Positions 1 to 10,139 of a stretch of DNA of 64,000 nucleotides are shown in pieces. How positions within the stretch are numbered: position 1 is the stretch's first letter; the number at the start of each line of letters is the position of its first letter. The position numbers and the translations under genes are program-made. The stretch spans positions 21,187 to 85,186 of the forward strand of contig JAVBPA010000001.1 of NCBI GenBank assembly GCA_031549925.1, in the 5' to 3' direction. The notes below the pieces were generated by a model. The model saw only the letters and a program-made list of their open reading frames with translations, did no database searches and was not told the origin of the DNA. Source of the stretch: Eubacteriales bacterium (GTDB taxonomy: Bacteria; Bacillota; Clostridia; Oscillospirales; CAG-272).

Positions 1-770
1 GGGAGTTTTCCTGCCGGCATTTCTTGTCCGGTTATGGAATATATAAGCTGCCTTTCGTCTCCCTGAGGATATTTAGTACGCATTACTTTTATTTTGATTA
101 ATTCGCTTCCGGCTGTCATTTCTTCAAATTTGTTAACAGCATCCATTTTATTATCTTCGACAGCAATCATACCTTGTCTTAAATTAAGCGCTTTTAATAA
201 TATTTTTAGTCCGTTAATTATAAAATCGGGATGTTCGAGCATAAGCCGATGATTTGATGTTATATAAGGTTCACATTCCGCGCAATTTATAATAAGTGTA
301 TTTACTTTTCCGACAGCAGATGATATCTTTGCGTAAGTCGGAAAAGCAGCGCCTCCTAATCCAACAATTCCCGCATTTTTAACTATTTCTATTATTTCTT
401 CCGCGGTAGTTTCTTTTAAGCTTTTTAAAAACGGAGTTATTTTATCGTATATCCGGTTTTCGCCGTCGTTTTCAATTATAACATGTTTAACTTTGAATCC
501 GCTCATATTATAACGGTCTTCTATTTTTGTAACTTTTCCCGAAACGCCTGAGTGTATAGGACATCCAAGTCCGTTTTTCGGTTCACCGACTGCCTGCCAA
601 GCGTCAATTTTATCTCCCGGTTTAACTATCGGTTCACATGCGGCACCAATATGCTGCTGCATTGATAAATATAAATGAGAAGGGTCCGGCATTTTTTGAA
701 TTTGAAACTTACGTGTGTTTTTGTTTTCTTCAATGTGAACACCACCTCTGAACGAAAGAGACCGAGCCAA
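1..770 (-). CDS. rnfC: Electron-transport complex subunit RnfC, N-terminal ~256 codons (gene runs off the left edge)
   Basis: Absent from the ORF track because there is no stop in the window. Minus-strand translation from TTG at 770: LARSLSFRGGVHIEENK..MPDPSHLYLSMQQHIGAACEPIVKPGDKI..HSGVSGKV..IVGLGGAAFPTYAK..LIINCAECEPYITSNHRLM..YPQGDERQLI. This shows the RnfC N-terminal barrel, the GxGGAxFP motif and the ECEPY motif. GAGGTG lies 6 nt upstream of the TTG. Confidence 0.8.
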   Translation of the reverse strand, partial: MARSLSFRGGVHIEENKNTRKFQIQKMPDPSHLYLSMQQHIGAACEPIVKPGDKIDAWQAVGEPKNGLGCPIHSGVSGKVTKIEDRYNMSGFKVKHVIIENDGENRIYDKITPFLKSLKETTAEEIIEIVKNAGIVGLGGAAFPTYAKISSAVGKVNTLIINCAECEPYITSNHRLMLEHPDFIINGLKILLKALNLRQGMIAVEDNKMDAVNKFEEMTAGSELIKIKVMRTKYPQGDERQLIYSITGQEMPAGKL

Positions 771-1069
771 TAAAATCACCTCAAAAATATGATTAAAATT
801 AATTATTTAATAAATACATTTATTTTATGCGATACCCAGTTTATTATATAATAATATAATTTAAAAAACAAGAACTTTTTATGTAAGATTAAAATTATAT
901 TTCCAAATTAAATATTCATATTGATTTATTAATTGTTATATGATATAATGCCGTAGAGTGTGATTCTATGCTGAATTATGTTATATATTAAATTTTTACA
1001 AAAACATATGTGGTTTTGTTGTTATAATTATTACATAATTGATAAATAAAATTTGGAGGACTGACGTCT

Positions 1070-2749
1070 ATGCCTCAGGACGAGAACAACGAAGGTAGAA
1101 ATAATAAAATATTACATTTAAAAAATATTACTTTAACAGAAATACTGAGAAGTTTATGGAGATATAAATTATTGGTAATACCTGCTGTTATAATAGGTGC
1201 GGTAATGGGTTATATTTCTGCTGCGACATATTATAATAACGTTAAAGACATCGAAAGATATTCTGTGACTACATCCCTACTTGTTGAATCAAAACGCGGA
1301 GATACAAGCGAATATATTTCCGGCGGAGAAAATGTTAGTGTTAGCGATTTTAGTATAGCTAAATCTATTATTACTCAAGTTAAATTTATGATGAAAACAG
1401 ATAGGATGTTAAATGATTTAATAGAAAAAACGGGTGTTAAAACTTCTCCGGGTACTTTGAAAGGCGCTATTGACATTTCTCAATATGAAGATACACAAAT
1501 ATTAATTGTCACTTTAAGATGGGTGGGTAAATCTGAGGATGCTCTTAAAATAATAAATGCCATATCTGAAATATTACCCCCTGTATTAATGGAAACTCTA
1601 AAAATGGGTTCCGTTTCCGTTATCGACTCCGCAAACACACCCAGTCGTTTATATTATTCCATGAATTATTCATCCGTTATATACGGAGCCGGATCCGGAA
1701 TTGTAGTAAGTTTAATAATTTGTGTTATTCTCGGATTACTTCGTCCTACAATTTACAACAAAGAAGAAATACAAAGATATTTTTCGCTTGATACTTTGGG
1801 TGAAATACCTTATTATTCAAATATTGAAAAAAATAAATATTTTCTTATATCAAATGATGAAGCGCCTTTTGAATTGGTTGAAGCTTACCGTATGCTGGGG
1901 TCGATATTCAGACATGTAATGGAAACAAAAAATTATAAAACAGTATATGTAACATCTTCCATGGCGAATGAAGGGAAAACGGCGGTCACTACAAATTTAG
2001 CGGTAACAATGGCAAACTCTGAAAAGAAAAAAGTATTGCTGATTGATTTTGATACAAGAAAACCGCAGCTCCGTACAGCTTTAAATATTAAAAGAGACAG
2101 AGATAACCGTAATTTAAATGATATTATGGTTAATAAATCTAAATTAAATGATAATAAAAGCGGAGAAGAAAAGGAAGAACGCAACTTAAATAACGTTTTT
2201 TACGGAAAAATAACGCTTGAAGAAGCGATTATAAGTGTAAATGATTATCTTGATGTAATTTGCTCTGATATCTCCGATGATGTTATAATGACAAAAGAAA
2301 TGGCCGATCAAATTAATGCCATAAAAGATAGATACGATTATATTTTCTTTGATACTCCTCCGGTAGGTATAGTTTCCGACGCTCTTGCTTTAAACAGCTG
2401 TGTTGACAGTGCTATGTTCATTATGAAATACGATTTTGTAACAATTGATTTAATATCATCCGTTATTAATAAAATCCGTCAATCGGGTATTGATGTAATA
2501 GGATGCGTTTTAAATAATATCAAACAAAACAGAATTGCTCGTTATTACACATCCCGCTATTATAATAAATATGGATATTACTCATATGGATACGGATATA
2601 AACAGGGAACCCACAGAAGCAGCGGCAGGAGATATGGAGGAAACGATAAAAAATACGGATACGGTTATTTAAAAAATACAAATGTATCCGATGAAAATAT
2701 AAAAATAAAAGATACTGAAACAAGCGTCCAAAATAAAAACACTAAATAA
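1070..2749 (+). CDS. Fused Wzz/CpsC-like membrane modulator plus CpsD/CapB-type bacterial tyrosine (BY) kinase with a C-terminal Tyr cluster
   Basis: GGAGG RBS. Two TM segments flank an extracellular loop. Walker A is SSMANEGKT, Walker A' is LLIDFDTRKP and Walker B is IFFDTPP. The tail reads YYTSRYYNKYGYYSYGYGYK..YGYGY. Confidence 0.8.
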   Translation: MPQDENNEGRNNKILHLKNITLTEILRSLWRYKLLVIPAVIIGAVMGYISAATYYNNVKDIERYSVTTSLLVESKRGDTSEYISGGENVSVSDFSIAKSIITQVKFMMKTDRMLNDLIEKTGVKTSPGTLKGAIDISQYEDTQILIVTLRWVGKSEDALKIINAISEILPPVLMETLKMGSVSVIDSANTPSRLYYSMNYSSVIYGAGSGIVVSLIICVILGLLRPTIYNKEEIQRYFSLDTLGEIPYYSNIEKNKYFLISNDEAPFELVEAYRMLGSIFRHVMETKNYKTVYVTSSMANEGKTAVTTNLAVTMANSEKKKVLLIDFDTRKPQLRTALNIKRDRDNRNLNDIMVNKSKLNDNKSGEEKEERNLNNVFYGKITLEEAIISVNDYLDVICSDISDDVIMTKEMADQINAIKDRYDYIFFDTPPVGIVSDALALNSCVDSAMFIMKYDFVTIDLISSVINKIRQSGIDVIGCVLNNIKQNRIARYYTSRYYNKYGYYSYGYGYKQGTHRSSGRRYGGNDKKYGYGYLKNTNVSDENIKIKDTETSVQNKNTK

Positions 2750-2832
2750 GTTATAATAATTTGTAAAATGAAAAGATAAAAAACAACCCATTTAAAAACA
2801 TAGATTACTTGAATTGCATTTTACTGTATAAT

Positions 2833-2867
2833 AAAAAATCAACTCGTCAAAAGAGTTGATTTTTTTG
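2833..2867. terminator. Bidirectional intrinsic terminator between convergent genes
   Basis: Hairpin atcaactc/gagttgat (2838-2860), preceded by an A-run and followed by tttttt. Confidence 0.6.
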
Positions 2868-2870
2868 TCT

Positions 2871-3770
2871 TTATTTTCCATAACGCATCACAAATAAAAT
2901 AATTGTAATTGCTGCTGCTGTTATCAGTACCATTGTGACTGATTTAAATGTAATACGGGGAGAATCCGTATCGGTTGATATAAATTCTAAAAATTCATTT
3001 TTAGTTACCGTATTGTTTCCGTTAATTTCTTCATCCGACATATTTTCGATTGGTTTATTTGAAACTGTGGATTCAACAGAAGTTTTATCCGTTAAATTTT
3101 CATTATCCGCGGGTATTATTTCTGCAACACTTTCAGCTATCGTTACTTCTGCGGTTGTTGAAACAGTATTTTTAACCGAAGGTTTTGCTGTTTCAGGAGG
3201 GATTGACGCTACGGTAGATTTATTTATAACATTATTTTGCAATTGCTGGGTTACAATAGTTGGAGCTTTGGTTTCTCTTTTTTCGGTTTCCTCCGATTGG
3301 GATTCAATAATTATTTCGCTTTCCGCATTTGATTCTTCTGAAGTTGTTTCCTGTTCAAAAAATAAAGTTTCATTGATTGATTCGGGTTCTAAATAAGGTT
3401 CTGTTGATTCATCTTCAAATATTATAACGTTCGTAACTTCATTATAAAATATTGTTTCTTCAAAATATGAGGAAGTTTCCGATGTTGTTATAATTGTTTT
3501 GATTTCTTCCGTTGTCGTCACAGGTTTTGTTATATCAAAAAATTTGGTAGTTTCAACAACGGTTTCTGTTTTTGGTTTCGTCTGAGCTGCCGTTGTTTGG
3601 GATTCCGTTTCCTGTATTGTTTCCTCTAATTCGAAAGGCCGTAAAATTAATCCTGCGTTTTTTTTAATTACTTCGGAATTTTCTGATTCTGCGGCATTTG
3701 AGAAAATTGACAGCAAAACTATTATAAAAGCAATTACAGCACATGAAACAGATGCTGCTTTTTGTTTCAT
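2871..3770 (-). CDS. Secreted, T/E/S-rich low-complexity protein with a C-terminal TM anchor
   Basis: N-terminal signal-like MKQKAASVSCAVIAFIIVLLSIFSNAAES. Long T/E/S/I-rich body. C-terminal hydrophobic VTMVLITAAAITIILFVM followed by RYGK. No LPXTG motif. Confidence 0.5.
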   Translation of the reverse strand: MKQKAASVSCAVIAFIIVLLSIFSNAAESENSEVIKKNAGLILRPFELEETIQETESQTTAAQTKPKTETVVETTKFFDITKPVTTTEEIKTIITTSETSSYFEETIFYNEVTNVIIFEDESTEPYLEPESINETLFFEQETTSEESNAESEIIIESQSEETEKRETKAPTIVTQQLQNNVINKSTVASIPPETAKPSVKNTVSTTAEVTIAESVAEIIPADNENLTDKTSVESTVSNKPIENMSDEEINGNNTVTKNEFLEFISTDTDSPRITFKSVTMVLITAAAITIILFVMRYGK

Positions 3771-3792
3771 AGTTTACCTCGGAATATAATGA

Positions 3793-4854
3793 TTATATTT
3801 CGTAAATTTTAGGATCGTCAAGACGAACCCGTCTTCCTTCCTTTGCGGATAAATAGCAAGCGAGAACCATGCGTAAAGAATCGCGTCCCTCATATACAGA
3901 ACAAATGGGTCCGCGTCTGCCGTAGAGGAAGTCAGCGAAAGGTATGTATTGTGATCCTATACGTTCTCCGTGACCGGCAGGACTGGGTATCTGGCTGTCT
4001 GTCCAATTTGATTCGCCTTCCATAAACCATTTAAGCCCAACTTGTCCTTCAGCTCTGGGAAGACGCGTACCGGGTCCGTCGCCGTAATACTGTTGAATTG
4101 AGCCTGTTCTTCCGTAAACTTCGGTTGTTATTTCTGAAGCAGAGCAGGAAAACGGACACGAAATTTCTGCAATCATACCATTGGGATATTTATATAAAGC
4201 TATACCGTTATCATTCGGTACTTTTGGATTTGCCATTGTTGACATTTCAGCCGAAACACTTTCAGGAACACCAAAAATCCAGTTTAACATATCAATCGGA
4301 TGCGACGAATCATCGGCAAATATATCGCGGTTATAATCCGGATTATTATGCCAGGTGTTTTCAAATCCGTTCCAGTTATGTATTGAAAGTCCGTGACGGC
4401 GGCGGTACATAAATATATCACCAATAGCTCCGGTTGTTATTAATTCTTTTATTTTTATGTTTTGCGGATCTACACGCATTTGATAACCCATTGTAAAAGG
4501 AACATTATATTTTTCAACAGCCGCGACTATTCTATCAGCATCACATAAACGGAGTGCCATCGGTTTATAACAAATAATTGTTTTGCCTGCTGCGGCAGCT
4601 TTTTCTATCAAATCCGCATGCATTGATGTTTCAGAGGATACGACTACCGCGTCAATATCTGAAGCAAGAAGCTCCTCGACCGTTTCCGCTTTTGCAATAC
4701 CGCCGAGTTGAGCGGCGCAGTTGTCAAGACGCGCTTTGTCATGATCCCAACCAATAGTTACTTTTACGCCAAGTTCGGGATGATTAACCCAATTTCCGCC
4801 GTAACCCATTACATGTCCGTGAGCAAATCCTAAAATACCAACTTTTTTACACAT
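3793..4854 (-). CDS. Gfo/Idh/MocA-family NAD(P)-dependent oxidoreductase
   Basis: N-terminal Rossmann segment KKVGILGFAHGHV, an EKP-like ICYKPM motif and the typical length. Start moved to ATG 4854 (MCKKVGIL), which sits 9 nt after GAGGTG. Confidence 0.8.
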   Translation of the reverse strand: MCKKVGILGFAHGHVMGYGGNWVNHPELGVKVTIGWDHDKARLDNCAAQLGGIAKAETVEELLASDIDAVVVSSETSMHADLIEKAAAAGKTIICYKPMALRLCDADRIVAAVEKYNVPFTMGYQMRVDPQNIKIKELITTGAIGDIFMYRRRHGLSIHNWNGFENTWHNNPDYNRDIFADDSSHPIDMLNWIFGVPESVSAEMSTMANPKVPNDNGIALYKYPNGMIAEISCPFSCSASEITTEVYGRTGSIQQYYGDGPGTRLPRAEGQVGLKWFMEGESNWTDSQIPSPAGHGERIGSQYIPFADFLYGRRGPICSVYEGRDSLRMVLACYLSAKEGRRVRLDDPKIYEI

Positions 4855-5227
4855 AATATACCGCACCTCATTTTTATTTTATAATATTTACTTATCATTT
4901 TATAGTAGGACAACATTAAAATAAATTTCACAAAAAATTTAAACATATAGTTTTTATTCTCTTTTATTTAACATATTATTTTAAAGTTGGATTACTATAG
5001 CTTCAGCTAGATTATAACTCATATTGTTAATTACATTGATTACTAAAGTGTTAATTTTTTTATTTGTTGTCTTATATATGTTAATTGTGATATAATTATA
5101 AAAAATTATTTTTATAATAGAACAATTTTAATGATTTTATAAAAATTCGAATATATATTTTACATTAAATTATTTGTTTTAAAGTTTAAATGCTATACTA
5201 ATCTATAATCAAGGCGGTTGTAATATA

Positions 5228-5983
5228 ATGGCGTATTTTAATGAAATTATCCCGATATCGAAAGAAAAAGACGGATTAACTGTATTATGCGGACTTACAA
5301 ACCGTGACAATGCACATAGAATGAATCCTGTTTTAACACAAATAAAAAGTTTTCCTGATATTAAATCTTTTTATGACGAGGGGAGCGATAAACTAACCCA
5401 TCCTGTGGTATCAGTAATTCCGATACTGAGAGATTATCATAATGAAATATTAATAACAGATAAATTTCAAAAATCATATATAAAAGCTACGATAAGAAGC
5501 GAAATATATTCGGGTCCTAAAATAAAATATGATTTTGCCGCAGGGGGGCACATAACTTTAAATGATTTATCAAAGACAGATTTAGAAAGCGGTATTTTAT
5601 CATTTGAAACGGTGAAAAATTGTTTGCTTCGTGAAATGAAAGAGGAACTTCGGAGTTTTGATAATAAAATTCTTGATTTTGACGAAAACAAATTGATTTA
5701 TATAGATAAGTTCGCATATGATAACTCATTTTCAAGAGAAATATGTTATACATTTGTTTATCCTGTCAGAGGGAAAGCTTCCGATTATTCGGTTTGGGAT
5801 GATTATAATGACGAAAATAATAAAAAACGCGAAATAATTCTTCCTGTTATATCGATGAGTTTTGAATCGCTGCGTGAATGGGCTTTGCGACCCGATTGTG
5901 ATGATGTAATAAAATGTCTTATTGGTGAAAATTCAAGCTTGATTTACGATAAAATAAAAAAAGAAATGAATATTGAAATTTAA
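5228..5983 (+). CDS. Divergent Nudix-like hydrolase (hypothetical)
   Basis: AAGGHI..(13-aa insert)..ETVKNCLLREMKEELRS resembles the Nudix box GX5EX7REUXEEXGU. The E-x7-RE-x-x-EE part is intact. The gene is flanked by long AT-rich spacers. Confidence 0.45.
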   Translation: MAYFNEIIPISKEKDGLTVLCGLTNRDNAHRMNPVLTQIKSFPDIKSFYDEGSDKLTHPVVSVIPILRDYHNEILITDKFQKSYIKATIRSEIYSGPKIKYDFAAGGHITLNDLSKTDLESGILSFETVKNCLLREMKEELRSFDNKILDFDENKLIYIDKFAYDNSFSREICYTFVYPVRGKASDYSVWDDYNDENNKKREIILPVISMSFESLREWALRPDCDDVIKCLIGENSSLIYDKIKKEMNIEI

Positions 5984-6177
5984 ACAACTATAATTTTATA
6001 ATAAGTTTTAAAAACAAGGTAACTTTAAAATTAAATAAAAATTTTTATTTGCTTTTGCATTACCGAAAAGACTATTTTTAAGTTGAACTACTATATTTAA
6101 CAAATATCTGTAGAATTTATTTTTTTTTGATATTAAAATATAAAAATACTATATTGAAACTACGCACGAGGTTTTTA

Positions 6178-7056
6178 ATGGAAGTTAAAAGAAAAAACGG
6201 ATTAACAAAAGGAATATTTATAGCTGCCGTATTTATAACGGTTTTGTTTACCGCACTACAAATAATTTTATCTTTTTTATATTATGAAGAAGAAGTAAAT
6301 CTATATATATCCGGTACATCGCTGCCGAATTATTTTAATATAGCATTCGCTGTTGTGTTAATAGTTATATTTATAATATCATTTTTTATAAAAAAAGATT
6401 CTATCCCCTCAAAACTTCCCGCAGCGGACAGATTGACTTGTTTTTTTGCAATGTTAACCGGATTTATATTTATTATATCAGCATTTTTTTCCGTTTATTA
6501 TTATCACAGCGGGAGATATACATCGATCTCTGAGCAAAGGATAGCGGTTATTATTTTATCAGTTACTGCTTCGGTTTATTTTATAATCACGGCGGTAGCG
6601 GCACACCCGCGCCGTACACCATATGTGTTCTGCGGATTTTTTGTAATTATCTGGGCTTGTATTTATTTAATTTGTATATATTTCGAAATGGATGCTCCGC
6701 TAAACAGTCCTATGCGTATTTCAAATCAAATTTCATTGCTCGTTATTATGATTTATTTTTTATACGAATTACGTTATATGCTTGTTTTGAATGATTCTCC
6801 TTCTTCCGCGCTTCCTAAACCGAGATTGTATTTTGTTTTTTCAATAATAGCATTTGTAATTGTTCTTCCCGTTTCAATTAACGACATTGTATTGACTTTT
6901 TCAGGATTCCGTTCTTCCGGAATTAACACATATTACCGTATAGCGGAATTTGCTATCGCTTTATATATTTTCGCGAGATGCAGATCTGCTGTTTGGGATG
7001 AAACACCGATACTTGTCGCTTCTGTACCGGATGAAGCAAATGAAATCGAAGAATAA
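6178..7056 (+). CDS. Polytopic membrane protein, unknown function
   Basis: About 8 hydrophobic segments. ATG 6178 (MEVKRKNG) is preceded by GAGGT, and a terminator follows the gene. Confidence 0.55.
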   Translation: MEVKRKNGLTKGIFIAAVFITVLFTALQIILSFLYYEEEVNLYISGTSLPNYFNIAFAVVLIVIFIISFFIKKDSIPSKLPAADRLTCFFAMLTGFIFIISAFFSVYYYHSGRYTSISEQRIAVIILSVTASVYFIITAVAAHPRRTPYVFCGFFVIIWACIYLICIYFEMDAPLNSPMRISNQISLLVIMIYFLYELRYMLVLNDSPSSALPKPRLYFVFSIIAFVIVLPVSINDIVLTFSGFRSSGINTYYRIAEFAIALYIFARCRSAVWDETPILVASVPDEANEIEE

Positions 7057-7121
7057 AATCATACCATAAATTATATAATTTAAATAAATAAAAAACCAAA
7101 CAAACCGATAAATTTTTAAAT

Positions 7122-7162
7122 AATCTCCCGTTTTTGATGTTATTTTGGGAGATTATTTTTTG
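7122..7162 (+). terminator. Intrinsic terminator
   Basis: Hairpin aatctccc/gggagatt followed by attttttgg. Confidence 0.6.
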
Positions 7163-7275
7163 GTTGTATAGTATGTTTTAATTTATCTGATAATCCATGT
7201 ATTATTTTATTTTTTTATGTAAATAATAACTGTAACACAAAATATTTAATATATAAAAGGGGATTTAATATAAAA

Positions 7276-7563
7276 ATGCTCCGTGGATGTCAGAGAAGAA
7301 TGATTGTATTAAAAAATACAGGAAGCAATATTTTTGATGAAGCTTATTTTTTGCTGAATGAAAAAGCTGCCGAATCATATACTTTAACAGAAACGGATAT
7401 GATACGGGAAGCTAATCGTATCATATCCGAAAGCAGTTTGCTGCCGTATAATAATTATAAAAAACCTAAACCGGCTTATATATCCTGGATTTTGGTGAGT
7501 TTGTTTTTAGGCACTTTAGTATTTTTATCAATTTTTTTAGCGCTTAAAATGGTATCATTTTAA
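7276..7563 (+). CDS. Small protein with a C-terminal TM anchor (hypothetical)
   Basis: 95-aa ORF. AGGGGA-type RBS (aaaaggggattt) upstream. C-terminal hydrophobic ISWILVSLFLGTLVFLSIFLAL. Confidence 0.4.
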   Translation: MLRGCQRRMIVLKNTGSNIFDEAYFLLNEKAAESYTLTETDMIREANRIISESSLLPYNNYKKPKPAYISWILVSLFLGTLVFLSIFLALKMVSF

Positions 7564-7577
7564 AATTTATATTTTTA

Positions 7578-7811
7578 TTATAAATCGTCGGCGTCTTGTG
7601 TTGGCAATTCGTATTGATTAACCTTTGGGTTATCTTTATTAAATTTCATATATATCTTACCGCCGGAAACAGCCGCGCTTGCGCTTGTAAATCCGGTATA
7701 CATCCCAAGCGGATCTGTTTCGCTGACCGACGAATATGCCAAAACAGCCTGACTTGCTCTTTCTGTGTTGTTTTTTTGGTTGTTTTCTGTTTTATTTATT
7801 TTTCTTTCCAT
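7578..7811 (-). CDS. Small hypothetical protein
   Basis: 77-aa ORF with GGAGG upstream (rc of cctccg at 7826-7831). Contains DPLGMYTG and a C-terminal QDADDL. I cannot name a family. Confidence 0.4.
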   Translation of the reverse strand: MERKINKTENNQKNNTERASQAVLAYSSVSETDPLGMYTGFTSASAAVSGGKIYMKFNKDNPKVNQYELPTQDADDL

Positions 7812-8267
7812 TTTTGATTTTATACCTCCGTTAGATATAGTATTAATATATCACCTATAATTAATTCATTTAAATAAATTGTACTTTTTATTTTATTTGT
7901 ATAATATTGTATTAAAAATAATCATGCTGTATATAACAAAATAGTAATAAATTATTTTATATAGGTTAATTTATTCTCCATATTTTTATAATATACTATA
8001 GTAGTATATTGTGTTTGTACGCCCAAATTATACTATTTATCTTCACGTATAATCGGAATTTTCCGGAACGTAATGGAAATAAATTCGGCGGTTATACATA
8101 AACAATGACATACATTGATTTTTACTTTTTGTTTTTCTGAACGCCTGACGAAAAGATCAAGATAAAAATCATTGTTACCTGTTGATATTTTTTAAATATA
8201 ATCAGGTTTTGTTTTGTTGTAATAATTTTTATACCCTTAAAAATATAAAAGAACAGAAAGGCTGAAA

Positions 8268-9947
8268 ATGGCAAAGAGTAAAAACAACGGCGATAAATTA
8301 AAAGTTATATCTCTCGGCGGATTGAATGAAGTCGGTAAAAATATAACAGTGCTTGAATATAATAACGATATTATAATAATAGACTGCGGATTGGGTTTTC
8401 CGGATGATGACATGCTCGGAGTTGATTTGGTAATACCGGATATAACATATTTAGTAAAAAATGTAGATAAAATTAAAGCTATAATTCTTACGCATGGTCA
8501 TGAAGATCATATAGGCGCACTTCCGTATGTATTACGCGATATTAATGTTCCCATATACGGGACAAGACTCACACTGGGTATATTGGGGAATAAATTATCC
8601 GAACATTCGTTTTCTAAAAAACCTAAACTTATTTGTGTTGAAGCCGGAGATACCATTTCTCTCGGTGTGTTTTCTGTTGAATTCATTCATGTTAACCATT
8701 CGATAGCAGACGCTTGCGCTCTTGCTATAAATACTCCGGTAGGTCTTGTACTCCATACAGGAGATTTTAAAATCGATATAACGCCAATTGACGGAGATAT
8801 GATAAATTTAACCCGGTTCGGTGAATTGGGTAAACAAGGTGTTACCCTGCTTCTGGGAGAATCAACAAATGCCGAACGTCCCGGATATACTCCTTCTGAA
8901 AGCAAAGTCGGTCAGACTCTTGATAATATATTTCTCCGCAATACGGATAAAAGAATAGTTATAGCTACATTTTCATCAAATGTGCACAGGGTGCAGCAAA
9001 TAATCGACACAAGCGCGGAGTATAACCGGAAAGTAGTAATAACCGGGAGAAGCATGTTAAATGTTATAGGAGCTGCCCGTGAACTCGGTTATATGGATGT
9101 TCCGGACGGTGTTCTTATTGATATAAATGAAATAAACCGATGGCCGAAAGAACAGATTACGATTATAACAACGGGAAGTCAGGGCGAGCCGATGTCAGCA
9201 TTGTACCGTATGGCTTTTTCCGACCATGATAAAATAGAACTCGGCCCGAAAGACTTGATTATATTAAGCGCAAATGCTATACCCGGAAACGAAAAACTGG
9301 TTGACCGTATTATAAACGAATTGTTTAAAAAAGGAGCAACCGTATTCAGAGATGCTTTTGTCGAAGTGCATGTATCAGGCCATGCCTGTCAGGAAGAATT
9401 AAAAATGATGCTTGCTCTGACAAAACCCAAATATTTCATGCCTGTACACGGAGAATATAAACATCTGGTTCAACATAAAGGACTTGCGCTGTACATGGGA
9501 ATTCCGGAGACGAATATATTTATATCGGATATCGGAAAAACTCTTGAAATAGGAAACGACAGTATAAAATGGGGAGCGACAGTTCCTTCCGGCAGAGTGT
9601 TGGTAGACGGAACCGGAGTAGGAGACGTAGGAAATATTGTATTGCGCGACAGACGCCATTTAGCTCAGGACGGACTTATAGTTGTTGTTGCAACGGTTGA
9701 TATTGATGATATGTCGATTATATCAGGACCGGACATTGTTTCAAGAGGTTTCATATATGTCCGTGAATCCGAAGAATTAATGGATCAAATGCGAATTATC
9801 GCACAGGATGCTTTAAATGATTGCCTTGAAAATAATATCAGCGAATGGACACAATTGAAAACAAAAGTAAAAGAAGATCTATCCAAGTTTTTATATGCGA
9901 AAACAAAACGTAAACCTATGATTTTACCTGTTGTTATGAACGTTTAA
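8268..9947 (+). CDS. rnj: Ribonuclease J
   Basis: Metallo-beta-lactamase motif THGHEDHIGALPY, a beta-CASP region, a C-terminal domain and a 559-aa length typical of RNase J. Confidence 0.9.
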   Translation: MAKSKNNGDKLKVISLGGLNEVGKNITVLEYNNDIIIIDCGLGFPDDDMLGVDLVIPDITYLVKNVDKIKAIILTHGHEDHIGALPYVLRDINVPIYGTRLTLGILGNKLSEHSFSKKPKLICVEAGDTISLGVFSVEFIHVNHSIADACALAINTPVGLVLHTGDFKIDITPIDGDMINLTRFGELGKQGVTLLLGESTNAERPGYTPSESKVGQTLDNIFLRNTDKRIVIATFSSNVHRVQQIIDTSAEYNRKVVITGRSMLNVIGAARELGYMDVPDGVLIDINEINRWPKEQITIITTGSQGEPMSALYRMAFSDHDKIELGPKDLIILSANAIPGNEKLVDRIINELFKKGATVFRDAFVEVHVSGHACQEELKMMLALTKPKYFMPVHGEYKHLVQHKGLALYMGIPETNIFISDIGKTLEIGNDSIKWGATVPSGRVLVDGTGVGDVGNIVLRDRRHLAQDGLIVVVATVDIDDMSIISGPDIVSRGFIYVRESEELMDQMRIIAQDALNDCLENNISEWTQLKTKVKEDLSKFLYAKTKRKPMILPVVMNV

Positions 9948-10020
9948 AACGGAATTTTGAAATTTGCAACGATTTCATTTAGTAATACTTTAAATTATAT
10001 ACAAAATAATTATTTGAAAA

Positions 10021-10062
10021 GGGAAGAAATTTATTTTCGAGTTTCTTTCCTTTTTCTTTTTT
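10021..10062 (+). terminator. Intrinsic terminator after rnj
   Basis: Imperfect hairpin ggaagaaa/tttctttcc followed by tttttctttttt. Confidence 0.5.
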
Positions 10063-10139
10063 GATGAATAAAAAATAATAATCAGGTAAACAATTAGGAT
10101 ACAAATTAAATTTTTACATATGAAAACGGAGTATTCTAA

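Noticed and set aside
8044-8098. Purine-riboswitch-like start (cgtataatcgg ... cggttatacat) in the long rnj upstream region
   Set aside because: Only a P1-like pairing (gtataa/ttatac) and the uauaau string match. The conserved loop and junction nucleotides of the purine aptamer are absent, and the internal hairpins are too short.
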